DNA of 62,798 nt, counting the filler, from Choristocarpus tenellus KU-1152 (lineage: Eukaryota; Protista; Phaeophyceae), in the NCBI GenBank assembly GCA_964200185.2. It is 7 parts of 7 records of this genome, joined end to end, with 100 filler letters (N's around TTAATTAATTAA, not from the genome) between each part and the next. Parts side by side here need not be neighbours in the genome. Positions count along the whole stretch, not along the records: positions 37,966 to 51,559 come from CAXNAD020001438.1; positions 51,660 to 54,983 come from CAXNAD020020794.1; positions 55,084 to 59,696 come from CAXNAD020013795.1; 4 more parts are not named here. The stretch is one strand, 5' to 3'. The notes under the pieces are model-generated. The model made no database searches and was not told where the DNA came from. It worked only from the letters and a program-made list of their open reading frames with translations. This document shows, one piece after another, positions 43,713 to 56,071 of the stretch (position 1 is its first letter; each line of letters opens with the position of its first letter). Made by a program: the position numbers and the translations under genes.

Positions 43713-45392
43713 GGTACCAGTAGCTTCGCTCTCTGTGGCAAGTTAGCTTTTTTCACCGTGTCGCCGCAACAGATATACAACAATCTCTCTCTATATATAT
43801 CAAATGAAATCTTATAACAAGACCTTTTGAAGGTTTGTATGCAGGAATGTACAAACTTCGGTGAACAGGAACTATGTCCCGATAAAATAATGGGAAAAAC
43901 GCGGGGGAATAGCTCCAGCGCAAATTTGAAGGTCACGATGTCAAAACGTATAAAAATGAAGCGGTTGGCTGAACTCCTTGTAGAAAACTGGTCTGGGGTA
44001 GGCCGCTGCCCAAGTTTGGCTGATGCGGCCCTCCGACAAAAAAGCAGAAACCCCTCCCAAGATTTCTGGACATATTTTTATCTGGACATATTCTTTATGC
44101 CTTTTGCAGACTTTCTGTGAGCACACACCCACGTGACTTACACAACAACATGAACCACGGCGGTGAGAGACAAGTAGAGCCGCCGAGGCCACTCTGCCCT
44201 CTGGATCTACCCTCGGCACCTTCTCTGTTGAGAGGGGAAAAACGAGTACCGTGTGAGATTCAGTGTGATGTTAGGTGACAAGAAAGTGCGAGTAGTGTGG
44301 TGCAACAGCATGATCGAATCGCGAAATGGATCACGCGGTTGCGACACTGACGCTGAGAGAAGATGCATAGAAGGCATTACCACACAAACGTGGTTGGGTC
44401 TTCATCCATGTCGGAGAACTGCTCTGTAGTCTTTGCCACCTCGGGAAAACAGGAAGAGAGCGGCAAGTCCATCACCAGGTGGTACAGTGACGAAGTCTGT
44501 GGGGAAGCCTGGTCACGGTGGGCGAAGGCAATAAGGTGGACGGCCGAAGGGAAGGTTGGGGAAGCGAGCAGTGCGACTGCGTGCCATTGCGCTCAGGAAA
44601 CGCCTAAGCGAAAACCTGGGTGTAGAATATCTTAGTAGTCGACAGTTGTACCAGGCCCTGGCTGTTTGGAAGCTGTGCAAGCCAGAGTGGCTTAAGGAAA
44701 CGAGAAGGTGTTAGGGTTGGGCAATAAGGGTTCTGAAGCCCGAAAGAAGGTCGAAAGGGCTCGCAAGGCGGAGCAGAAAGCGATGGTAAGAAAGGTAGCT
44801 GTGGAGACTTTTCGATACCACCAAATCCTTTACTTGGAAGAGGTTGCGAAGCAGGTGGAGGTAGCCATCAATGAGAACGCTAGGGAAGAAGAGGAGGTGA
44901 GATTGATACTATTTGCACACCAATGGTTTGGTGTCTCCCACTTCTTGCAAGATGCTGTATATTCACTTTTGTTGACTTGCGGTTGGACGAATATAAAGTT
45001 GATTAAGACTTTCTCCCAGCCTGCATTCATTCGAGAAATCAAGACAATTTTCGATCAACTCAAGCCTGTCCTCCCTCGCCCTTGCCCCTTGTTGCTAAAA
45101 TATCACCCGTCCAGGAAATACTGCGAATCCTGTACGTGTGTATGAACGACGTGAAAGACCGTCAAACAGCGTGTAATAGTGCATCTGTTGCCACTCTTGG
45201 TGACCTACAATCCAGGTTTCGAACTCCAATATGAGCGCTCTTTCTTCAAAAAAAAAAAATGGCAAAAAAAACAACGAAGCCCGTACTCTGGAGGGTCTTG
45301 AGAAGGGCATCACGAGTATGCTCTATTTTTCAATCCGATGTCTACATCAAAGTTATGACGGGACAATCCCAGAGGGCGAACCTACTGGTACC
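43713..45392. mobile_element. Unclassified non-autonomous TIR element with GGTACC termini
   Basis: GGTACCAGTAGCTTCGCTCTCTG (43713-43735) vs CAGAGGGCGAACCTACTGGTACC (45370-45392), 21/23 complementary; the right ~220 bp recurs at 55162-55385 ending at the same GGTACC. Confidence 0.7.
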
Positions 45393-45991
45393 ACTATAGT
45401 AAGGGTCCCTGTAAAAGTAATGGTTGTGGTAAATGTGAAATAAAATGTTATGATAATTGGTAAATCAAGTTACAGACTTTCTTTGCTTTCCCTAACATGA
45501 ACTGAGACAAGTACAAGTCTCTACCTCCAAAATAGATTAATAGTAGTTCAATACCTCACGGTGTGCAACCTGAATTCCCTATCTACTTGTGGCAGTTGTT
45601 TTCAAGAGAGATGCAACTAGTGATAGTGCTGTCCTATCAGGGTGATAATGTGGTATCAAGGGCTGGGGATACATGAGCAGGTATATAATCAATGTATTTG
45701 GAGTGGTTTTTGGGGTGCAGAGGTCTTCTATAGACGTGAGCCTAAGAATCGACATCAGATCTTTTTCAGGTCCAATGTAACGTCCGATTATCGATGCAAA
45801 ACAAGTTCCCTTGCGTGTGGACACATTCACCACACCTTAGACCCATTACACCTGCACAACGTAACATCTGCCTCTGTTTCTCTGCCCGAGTGCTAAGCAT
45901 GGTTAGTATTGGGGTGGGGCCAACAGTACTTGAGGTGTTGGGGCTGGGAGCCTCAGCACTACTACTGTTACAGGCGAATAGCGCGAGCATT

Positions 45992-46247
45992 GAGTCAAAG
46001 TATCTTAGAGGGTAGACCCGCGTCCATTTGGGGATCAAAATCCAAGTTGCGACTCTTACGTAATTTTGGCTGTTGTGTTTGTTACGAAGTGTCAATATCC
46101 TTGTTCCAGACCCACTTTCGCATAGCATGTACATTTTACCTATTCCGAAATATTTTGGAGTAAAAAGTGTCGCAAAAACCCCAAGGGAAGTCAAGTACCA
46201 AATGGACAAACAGGGCAAAAGTCGTACCCTCTAAGATACTGTCACTC
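45992..46247 (+). mobile_element. MITE family A copy
   Basis: Full TIRs; TSD ATT at 45989-45991 and 46248-46250. Confidence 0.92.
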
Positions 46248-47658
46248 ATTTCTTCTCATGTTTTAGCAAACACGAACATATGTGACAGACGAATAGTGTG
46301 AGGATTGTTTTTTCGTGTTCTAACAAGTGCGAACAATATACGATATTAGTAACACATAGCCTTACTAGTAAATGATGATTTCATAGAAGATACAGAGTAA
46401 GATTCGGAATGCACACGTAACATTACAGAAGAAAATGTTAAAGTCCTTAAGGGGTTGCAGAAGAAAGGTTTATGATTGGAGTATGTGTAGAGCAGTTGCA
46501 TAGAAGACCAAAGAAATTGGGTGGATGATGAAAATAATAAGAGGGATTTTGGCCGAAGCCATCCCACTTGCCTCCAGTCTTTATCTTTTACCTTGAGCAA
46601 AACTTTGAGTCAAGCTTTGATCTAAACACTGAGTGGAATATCAAGAAGAGAAGGACACCTGACACCCTACAAACTGATGTATAGGGCAACGCCCCCATAG
46701 CGTCGTTTTAAGGTCGTTGGATTTGGGTTTACATCCTGTGGAGGTGAGTTCTGAGGGGCGCCTGTAACACTACGAGCAAGGTTGGGACTCAAGACGAGCT
46801 TGGTATTGGAATGGAATGTGGTGTCAGTAGGTAGGACAAGGAGCAAGGGCAGGGACAATGATTGGTCGGATACGCACCTGGAACTGGCGGTTTCAAGAGA
46901 GAATGACACGAATGAGCTGACAAGAAGAAACCACCCAACCCAGCCAGGGATACTAACAGACTTCCCACACAGAGGGCGAATACTTGCTTGACCTGCCTTT
47001 GGTGTGCCAGAAACGGGCTTGGAGGGCACCCAACTCGGATAGTAAGGGTCGGAGATGCAAAAAGAGCGAGTTCTTGGTCTAGCATGACTTGGGTCCAGAA
47101 CGACTGTTTGCCGCTTACACCCAATCTCGCTCCAAACTATCCAATTTGATCCGACTATTGCACAAATTCTCTGGAGTTTGTACAAAAACATCTCCTCTAA
47201 GAATACTCGTATCAAGTTTTACAGGGTGGCTCCTCTCCTACTATTGAATTGTAGTCACCAGTGTGCCCATAGTACTCACTCAGGTGATAAGTGCGATATT
47301 CTACATGCCAAGTCTGTAAGGACAAGGACTCCAGAACATACGAACGTTCACCACCCTTCATAACAAAATGCCTGTATACGGCCAGTGGGGTTTCTATGAA
47401 TGTATTAGGATGGACCAGGGTGGTCATATGCATTTTCCTGTGGGCAAGACCTTGTGGACAAGGACGAGACAACATGCGGCAGGGAGTGCAGAGTTCTAAA
47501 TCGAAACAGCTGTACTACAGCACATATCCCCTTCTCTAGCCGACTCTCCTTCTCATTCTTTGGCAAAGGGATTCCTTTGACTTTGTACAAATGCTTGCTT
47601 GCCCACCCTCCAGCTGTATTAACAACCTCTGACTCTTCTGGGGGGAAGCAATCTATCA

Positions 47659-49332
47659 TTACATTGACATGTTGGCTACAGCAATTGCCACGCACCAACT
47701 GGGGGCACCATCTACTAAGTGATCCTTCGTATCTTTTTCCCTTTCACAACAGCTATCAGCTTCGCCGTCCAGTTCTTTTGCCGATTCCCTTCCGTCTTGG
47801 CACAATCTATGACCTGCATTACCGCCCACACTATCCCCTGATTCCTCCAATGCTGGATGGGACAAGGCAAGCTGCAAACCTAAAAATGAAACCTGCATCG
47901 AAGTGCCTTCCACAGAGCTACTACTGTTGCTAGTATCGGCAACAGCATCACACTTTTCTGTGTTGAGATTAGGCTCGCTCTTCTCAACAGTGCTGACCAA
48001 AGGATCTTCCACAGAGCTTGCCCTACATCTAGTTTCGACAATGGCGCCACACTCTCCAGTGTTGAGACTCGGCCTGTTCTTCTGAACAGTACCAATCAAA
48101 GGGCCTTCCACAGAGCTCGTATCACCACTAATGTCTACAATGGCGTCCCAATTTTCAGTGCTGATATTCGTGTTGCTCTTTTGAACGCTGTTGAACAAAG
48201 GATCTTCAACACAGGTCATATTACTACTAATTTCGACAAAGGCATCACAATTTTCAGTGCTGATATTCGTGTTACTCTTTTGAACGCCATTGTTCAAATG
48301 GTCTTCCACACAGCTCATACTACTACTAATTTCGACAACGGCATCACAATTTTCAGTGCTGATATTCGTGTTGCTCTTTTGAACACCGTTGAACAAAGGA
48401 TCTTCCACAGAGCTTGCACTACTTCTAGTTTCGACAATGACTTCACACTCTCTGTTGTTGAGACTTGGTCTGTTCTTTTGAACAGTATCGATCAAAGGGC
48501 CTTCCACAGAGCTCGTACCACCACTATTTCCGACAATGGTGTCACACTTTTCAGTGCTAAGATTTGTCTTGCTCGTTTGAACAGCGTTCTTCCCTGCACT
48601 ACAGATTGTTGCCCTTCCATCTCGTTCTCTATCAGTACATGTGTCAATGTTGCTGCTGTCACGTACTATGGCCAAGTTAGACCTGGCAAGTTCAGGCACT
48701 ACTTTGCCGTCCCAGGGTCTCAGGATCTTGGCCCCTGCCCTGCACGTAATTGGTGGGATAGGTATTTCCCTTCTCACTCTGGAGTATGGTGAAATCTTGT
48801 GAGTTTTGGACTGTGTGGAGGGAGGGTGGGGTCTGTGCCTCACAGGTATCGATGCAGTGGAGTATGGAATATTCCCAATTGTGGGTGCCGAGGAGCCTCT
48901 GCAGCAACTACCATCGCCTTCCCACCTCCTGCGTTTAGCGAGAGGACCAGTTTGATCACCGGCTCTGTCCAAATTGGTATCTCTTCCCTTCCTTGCTGGT
49001 GATCGGTACCCTTTTCTTTCGTCACCCTGATCTTTGCCAACGCTCGTCTGAGAATATGCGCCCTGCCCAGAGCACTGGTTGCCCTTCACAACTATATCGC
49101 TCGAGGAAGTGGGTACTGCGCACTCTACCATTCCATCCTCCTCTCCTACCCTTTCCTCAGGCCCTGGTTCTGGTATTGTTCCTTTTCCTGATCCTCCATT
49201 TTGTTCTTGCACTATCCCCGCCCCTAACAAAATCCCAACTTTATGTTCGTCCGACCGGCTTAGACCTGCACTCTCTGGGGACTCAAATCCTTTGTGGGAA
49301 CTGGCAGCCACCTCGTCTTCTTCATCAGTGTC
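47659..49332 (-). CDS. Large exon of an unknown low-complexity protein containing seven 33-aa repeats
   Basis: 550-codon stop-free ORF; CAG acceptor at 49335-49333 in frame (DTDEEDEVAAS...); repeat consensus NxVQKSxxNlsTExCDAiVEiSxxxSSVExPL. Confidence 0.55.
   Translation of the reverse strand, partial: DTDEEDEVAASSHKGFESPESAGLSRSDEHKVGILLGAGIVQEQNGGSGKGTIPEPGPEERVGEEDGMVECAVPTSSSDIVVKGNQCSGQGAYSQTSVGKDQGDERKGYRSPARKGRDTNLDRAGDQTGPLAKRRRWEGDGSCCRGSSAPTIGNIPYSTASIPVRHRPHPPSTQSKTHKISPYSRVRREIPIPPITCRAGAKILRPWDGKVVPELARSNLAIVRDSSNIDTCTDRERDGRATICSAGKNAVQTSKTNLSTEKCDTIVGNSGGTSSVEGPLIDTVQKNRPSLNNRECEVIVETRSSASSVEDPLFNGVQKSNTNISTENCDAVVEISSSMSCVEDHLNNGVQKSNTNISTENCDAFVEISSNMTCVEDPLFNSVQKSNTNISTENWDAIVDISGDTSSVEGPLIGTVQKNRPSLNTGECGAIVETRCRASSVEDPLVSTVEKSEPNLNTEKCDAVADTSNSSSSVEGTSMQVSFLGLQLALSHPALEESGDSVGGNAGHRLCQDGRESAKELDGEADSCCEREKDTKDHLVDGAPSWCVAIAVANMSM
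47903..48588 (-). repeat. Coding tandem repeat, 99-bp unit x ~7
   Basis: Recurring aaggatcttccacagagct / tttcagtgctgatattcgtgttgctcttttgaac at 99-nt period with frame preserved. Confidence 0.9.
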
Positions 49333-50490
49333 CTGAACAGGGCAGGTAGGTAAACAGCATTTGAAATCATGGGGTGCTGAAGACTGCCCACAGGAAAGTT
49401 AACCATGTGCCATATCGTTTGACATCATATCCCTAACCCTTAGCCTGAGAGTAGTGCAACTAACTGTTCTCAGCAGTATTGCATGACTCGTCTCAAAAAC
49501 CTTTTCCCCGTGCACCACCATGACCGATTATATATTTCTACGTCCAGCTGAAATTATTGGGTTTATCACACGGCCTCCCCCCACCCAAGAGTATTTTGAG
49601 AAATTCTTGGAATGTCCCTGCTAGAACCTTCAGCAGCGCCAAGCTCAAGTTCCGCATGACAGTGTAAACCCACACTACCATGAAGGCACTTTGTCAACCC
49701 TAACCCTAACTGCATATTGAAAGTGAAGCAACCGAACTGCAGAGACATCGGTTGCATAATTTTACAGTCTAAGGACGTTGGTTGGAAACAGGAGACCAGG
49801 GCAGCAGCTCACATTCGGAGTACGCCTTCTGGTACCCAAGTCTCCCAAGTTCACTGTAACAGTAACTGCTAAACTTGGCTTTCGATAGTCTATTGTCTGA
49901 CCCACTACAGTGGCTCAGGGTTTGCGTTCGGGATCGATGTGTCTGTAGGAGTTTAGACTGAGGATTCAGGTGAACATGCAATGGGCACACCTTCTTGGAA
50001 CCTGGACAGGTGACTGTTTCTGTGTTACTCGCTCCAAATATAGCCCGGTCTGTTACAGCAGCATGCTGTTTCTTTTTTATTGCGGTCCTGACAAGGTGAC
50101 CCCTGACGATTTTCTGTGGGTGGAACAAAGAGGGCAAGGTCAAATTTAGGTCGGCTTGTGATTCAAATGATAGGAAATTGAGAAGCTGCTTTCATCATAC
50201 TATCATCACTCGACATGCTGCATCTAAAAAGAAAAAACGACCCCAACCTCAGACTACTGCTGCGGTTGTGATGGATCTGTTTATAGTGGTGATTTTGACC
50301 CAATGGTATCCTAAAGGGGGTGGGTGCTTAGCCCAGGTTATCCATTCAGGCCTTGATGGTGTGTTGAAAGGTACACCAGTTTCAATGCCTGTTTTGCGGG
50401 TGGTTTTCCTTTGGATTTGGGCTAGGCAGGGGGGCGGAAGAGGAAGGTGCATTCAGATGAAGAAAATCGCCCTTACGTCCAACAGGTTCA

Positions 50491-50751
50491 GAGTTAAAGT
50501 ATCTTAGAGGGTACAAGTTTTGCCCTGTTTGTCCATTTGGTGCTTGGCTTACCATGGGTTTATTTATGGCATTTTTCCTACTCCAAAATGTTTCAAAGTA
50601 GGTAAAATGTATACGTTATGAAAAGGTATGTCCAGAACAAGGACATTGATACCTTCCTAACAAATACGATAGCCAAAATTACATCAAAACTGCAACATCA
50701 GATTTTGACCCCCATATCGATGCGGCTCTACCCTCCAAGATACTTTGACTC
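50491..50751 (-). mobile_element. MITE family A copy
   Basis: Full TIRs; TSD TCA on both sides. Confidence 0.9.
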
Positions 50752-50941
50752 TCACTCGAATGACATGAAAATAACTCCAGGATCACACAAGCTCCGAAGG
50801 GACGCTTGACCACCCCTCTAGGATACTACGTGCCATTTTCACTCAAGGATAGAAAAAGATCCTGTTATGTAAAGACGGATAGTTGTAGGGGGGGTGTCGT
50901 GTGTTTTTCGATCATGTGGACAGACCGTAAGCCATAATACA

Positions 50942-51112
50942 GGATCCATTACATAAGAACCACTAAAGGTATCCATTACATAGGACCCACTAAAGGTATC
51001 CATTACATAGGACCCACTAAAGGGATCCATTACATAGGAACCACAAAAGGGATCCATTACATAGGACCCACTAAAGGGATCCATTACATAGGAACCACTA
51101 AAGGGATCCATT
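50942..51112. repeat. Minisatellite, 27-bp unit x ~6.3
   Basis: GGATCCATTACATAGGACCCACTAAAG repeated. Confidence 0.95.
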
Positions 51113-51895
51113 GCGCGAATGCCCAAAGCGCTGTGTCTCATATGCCCGCGTGCAGCTAGCTAGCTCTCTTCCCCTCTCTTGGCCTCTCCGTTGTGATCCC
51201 AGAGCGGCTCTTGGGCGTGTGAAGATATCCCCAGGCTCTCGACAAAGCTTCAGGTGCGGCGAGCACACAAAGGTGAGAACAACTGCAAGCCTCTTCTGGT
51301 CGACCTAAGTTCAACCAGGCAGTGATAGCTCCCGACTGCGTATTTCTCAGCACCACCTTTCCTGATCATCAAGTGCCTTCTTTTCGGAGGCACTACTACC
51401 CCGTTTTGTGCGTGAGATGGAGTTCCCGAAAATCCTCGAGTCCTTTTTCTACCACGAGCCAAAGAAAAAAAAAGTAAAAAACGAGAAGTACCCAGTTGTT
51501 TTTTTTGTCTGTTTTTTCGTTCTAAGGGCCGCTTCTCTTTTTTTTTTTTTTTTTTTTTTNNNNNNNNNNNNNNNNNNNNNNNNNNNNNNNNNNNNNNNNN
51601 NNNTTAATTAATTAANNNNNNNNNNNNNNNNNNNNNNNNNNNNNNNNNNNNNNNNNNNNCAGGCAATCCCCCCACCCCCTAGCCCCTTGTCTGCACTTCC
51701 CAGTCAGCCCCAACAGTCTACAGTTGGATGCAAACAACAAGTGCAAGGTGATAATAGGCTGTATCACAGAGTACACCATGTGAAATATCATCACGACACT
51801 CAATACTTTGTCATTTCTTCACCACACTACTGACACCCCTCCCAGCTCTTTAAACTCCTCCCCTTTTGCAGGAGACACAACCATATTAACTCTAC

Positions 51896-53214
51896 CTGCA
51901 GGAAGAAGTCAATAAGCTTCCCCACCATATGACGTTCCAGTAGCAGATCCCTCTCTCTGTCTCCCATGTTCCCTACACCCTCCACAAACTCCAGGAATTG
52001 TTCCAACCTTCCCCACCCTCGAGCAGCCTCGGGCAGAAGACCCACCCACCCATCTACCATCTTCGGGAGGCGTGTTCTTGGACGAAGAAACCTCTTGCCG
52101 CTCACATAGGCATGAACACCTAGCCCCCCTCCTCCCCCCTGACGTGTTGCAAACCCAGGATGTAATTGGTGCTCTGAGTTAGATGCATCCAATGGATGTG
52201 CACTGGCAAGGGCCTGCAGGACAGCTCCAATATCTTGGGAGCCTTTATTTGTGTCAACAGAAAGTGCCTCCCTCCTTGAAGCCCCCCTAGCTGCCATTGG
52301 TCCAGACAACGCCGCCGTGGTGGTTGCTGCAGGGCCAGGGGCCTGAGAAACAGACCCAAGGGCTTGTCCTTCGTTTTCTTCCACAAGTTGATATTCCAGA
52401 TACCTGAGAAGCAGTCGAGAAGAGTGCATATAGTAATTGAATGTGTAGAGGGAGTGTGACTTGTTCCAACATTCTACTATTCCATTATCCATGGTTTCAC
52501 GCATATTTCAGCACTGGTGTGGTTGCGGCAGTGGCAGCAGGGGTGGAAAGAGGGGGTAGACAACAGGGCGCTTAAAAATTCCAGACAAAACGATGTGCAG
52601 TGTTCTACTTTTCTCTGGGAGAGTATCAAATCACTTGCATTTGCCTCCACTCACCTATTAAGTACTGTGACAGTGATGGAACACAAACACTTGAGAGTAG
52701 TTTCAACACTATACAGAAGCCAAATATCTCTTAACTATTGGCAACCACTCTCGCCCTTACTCATTCCATGTGTAGAAAATTCATCCAATGTCATTACTCC
52801 TGCCCAGCCCATCACACCCATGACCTCACCAGTCCCCCTCATCCTCTGCCAACAGGCCAAGCAGATGAAGGTAGAATCCCACCATGGAATGGCGTACATG
52901 ACGATCAGGACAGGTGAGCAGTAGTTCTTTCATGCCCTTCATTCCTGACCGGATCTCTGCATCCAGGAAGGCAGCTGAAGCCTTGGGACAAGCACTGTAC
53001 AGGCCCTACAACACATATTGAGGTGGGTGAGGTGGAAACAAAATATCACAACAGATGGAACAAGAGCACAAGCACAGGGGGAGGGGGGGGGGGGGGGGGG
53101 GTAATTGAAAGGGGTAAAAAAACCTCGTTTTTTGGTTATTGAATGGTAAAATTTTTAATTAAATTTTTTGATTTAANNNNNNNNNNGAGAGAGGGGGGGG
53201 GGGGGGGGGGGGGT

Positions 53215-53248
<34 letters not shown>

Positions 53249-54112
53249 TGCAAGTGGTACAATAACCTCGTTATTTGTATATTGAATGGTAAAATTTGTA
53301 ATGAACTTTGTTGAGTTAATCACCTTGAGCAATCATCAATCACTTTTCATCAGTACAAATGTGGGCACATCATAGTGGTGTGATTGAGGTCTTAACCTAC
53401 TAAAGAAACACAACTCCCTTAACCAATGAACTGCAGACATCCTTCCAAGTCAGTACATCTTAACAATGTAAAAAAATGCTGAAATGTGCCTACCATCTAC
53501 AGCATAATAGCACAACTTTGCACTCTTGTGGGCACACAGTGGTATGATTGTGGTCTTAACCCACTAAAGAACCACAACTCCCTTTACCAACGAGCTGCAG
53601 ACATCTTTTCAACCCAGTACACCTTTACAATGTCAAAGAATGCTGAAATGTGCCTACCATCTGCAGCATAATAGCACAAATTTGCAAGATAAGACAAAAA
53701 AAGGCTTACCTTGAGCTCCTCCAACACCTTAGGAAACAGGTCATTATGGAGTGAATGTGCCAGGTTCTCCAATGCAAATGCTGTGCCCCACTCAGCGAAT
53801 CTCCCTGCAAACTCTTCCCGGGAGAGTCGATCTGAATCCTGAGAAACTTTGACCACACTCAACTCCTCCCCCTCCCCCTGCCCCCCCCCGCCCACTTCCG
53901 TGCCCAAATCTACCTCAATGTCACAAACTGATGTTCCTGCCTCATACACCACCCCTGGCACGTTCCTCTGATCCCTCTTCCTTGAAATTAAATCAGTATC
54001 CGCATCATAGCTGTTGGAGTTCTCACGGAATACTATATCCTTAGCTGAGGATAGAATGTCCAACGCCAGCTTTGCCAGGTCTGGGTGGCAGAGCTGCCTT
54101 TCGAAGAAGAAC
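51896..54112 (-). CDS. Internal fragment of a large ubiquitin-specific protease (USP9X/USP24/USP34-like, region C-terminal to the catalytic domain)
   Basis: Three phase-matched exons 54112-53710, 53005-52830, 52403-51896. ELLLTCPDRHVR and EAARGWGRLEQFLEFVEGVGNMGDRERDLLL resemble the LLECPxxxVR and downstream helical motifs of the USP9X/24/34 family (recognition, not a search). The contig is bounded by linkers. Confidence 0.65.
53361..53686. repeat. Intronic tandem duplication, ~166 bp x 2
   Basis: tgtgggcaca...aatgctgaaatgtgcctaccatct.cagcataatagcacaa occurs twice with scattered substitutions. Confidence 0.9.
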
Positions 54113-55161
54113 CTAATAAATGTCACACACCATATTATTGCATGTGTTGAGCGTGCTGAGCAGTTGGGTTGTTTCCTAGGAGTTAAGAGTGGATAATATG
54201 GTAATGCCTATTGAGGCTATTGGGGAAGGAAAGGAGGGGTATGGTTCAAATGAAACACCGTAAGCACTATTTCCAAGTAAAAACTGAGGGTATTTTTTTT
54301 CTCTTCTTTTCAATTGAAAACACAGAAACATAAATATTACCAAATTATATTTATACATAGTATGCGCAGATATGTACAGAGGCAGGGGGTATTTAAAATG
54401 GGGCTTCATCAAGGTCTGTATGGCCAACCAGGTACACTGCCGACTGCAGTCACCAACAGGGTATCAATACAAAAGTGGAAATTGGAAAACAAACAAACAA
54501 CACTTGATAGATGAAAAATACAGCAAAGCAGGTGAAGACCTTGAGATACACTCTACAACACCTTAATAGGCCAAAGGTAATGATGTGTGAGCAAGTGCAC
54601 ATTTTCAACCCGATTCTTGAATTTGCAGCTTGAGCAAACCACCAAAGGAAGGGATCTCTACACAGAAGGAATAATAAAATAAAGAAAGAGATGAATTAAA
54701 ACACCTTCAGGCGTTGAGCTGCAGATTTGAAGGTAATTCTACCTTGTCTTCAGGGAGCATGAAAGTGACTTTCCCACAAAACTATCCCCCAAACAAAAAG
54801 CCAGAAAAAAAGTAGATTACTGAATCTGGAAGAGTCCCAGACTTTCCTGTAATCTTTCCTCGCCTCCGCACTAGATTGACAACTGTATATCCAACAAAAA
54901 ATGATTTGCCTCTATCAGCAACTCCCCTAGCCCCCCCCCCCCCCACCTCCCCTGAGTCAAGAACTCTCACTTGTTGTTCTCATNNNNNNNNNNNNNNNNN
55001 NNNNNNNNNNNNNNNNNNNNNNNNNNNTTAATTAATTAANNNNNNNNNNNNNNNNNNNNNNNNNNNNNNNNNNNNNNNNNNNNGTACTTTTTAAAGACCG
55101 TTTTCGCAAAACAACCATCCTCATAGTCCCGCGCCATCCTCAATTTTGAGGATCCCCTCTT

Positions 55162-55385
55162 TAATAGTGTATCTGTTGCCGCTCTTGGTGACCTACAATC
55201 CGGGGTTCGAACCCCAATATGACCGATCTTTCTTCAAGAATTGAAAAAAAGGCGAAAAACAAAACCGAAGCCGTAATCTAGAGGGCATTGTGACGGGCAT
55301 CACGAACATGCTTTTATTATTTAAATCCGATGTCAACATCAAACGTTATGACAGGACACCCCCAGACACATAACCTATTGGTACC
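55162..55385. mobile_element. Second copy of the right end of the GGTACC element
   Basis: Collinear with 45174-45392; similarity stops at GGTACC. Confidence 0.75.
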
Positions 55386-56071
55386 CCTCTACAAAATATA
55401 TGTAACACATGTTATCCCATTACACAAAATGTAGTATAATAACAATTGCGTTACAAGGCAACATATTGTTGTGACTTACCACTCTCCAAAGTGTTGTGAT
55501 ATATCCCCATTCTGTTGCACCGTATCATAACACTAGAAGTTATTTGAATGAAACAGGAAATACTGTACTACTTTATTATGGACAGCCTTGAAAGACAGAA
55601 GTGTCACTCAGCCTTTTAATTCGGTCGTGATCTGTTTCTGTTTCAATTATTGTATTGTGGCAACTTCGATGTGCGATGGCAAATCCAGATGTTCTCTCGT
55701 TTCCTTCGGTTAATGTTGTGAGTCTGGTATAGACATCTTTCAAGTATGGAACAAAACCTAACATGTTTTGCAACACAAAGTGTTATGGAACAATACAAAA
55801 TACTGCATCATAACACAATATGTATGTTATCTCAATACTACCTCTGTACCATAAGTTTGTGCCGTGAAACATCTGGATTTGCCAAAGCGAGAACGGCGCC
55901 AAATCGGATGATAACCCCACAGAATGAAATGGAATTGACAATCTCAGCTTTCATAAAAGGTGGAGGTCGAGGATCATCAGGCACAAACTCGAGGTGCTTC
56001 AAGCCGTCAAAGTAGGGGTCGTTTGGAGTGATTTTTCCAGAATTGGGCATGTCGAGGGTCAGAACGTCGGC

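Noticed and set aside
50839-51141. Repeat protein (MDPFSGSYV)n
   Set aside because: The open frame is a by-product of a stop-free 27-bp unit; no splice or start support.
53077-53320. Duplication flanking a 10-N gap
   Set aside because: Poly-G followed by a low-quality copy of the same sequence; sequencing or assembly artefact. The same applies around 20290-20450.
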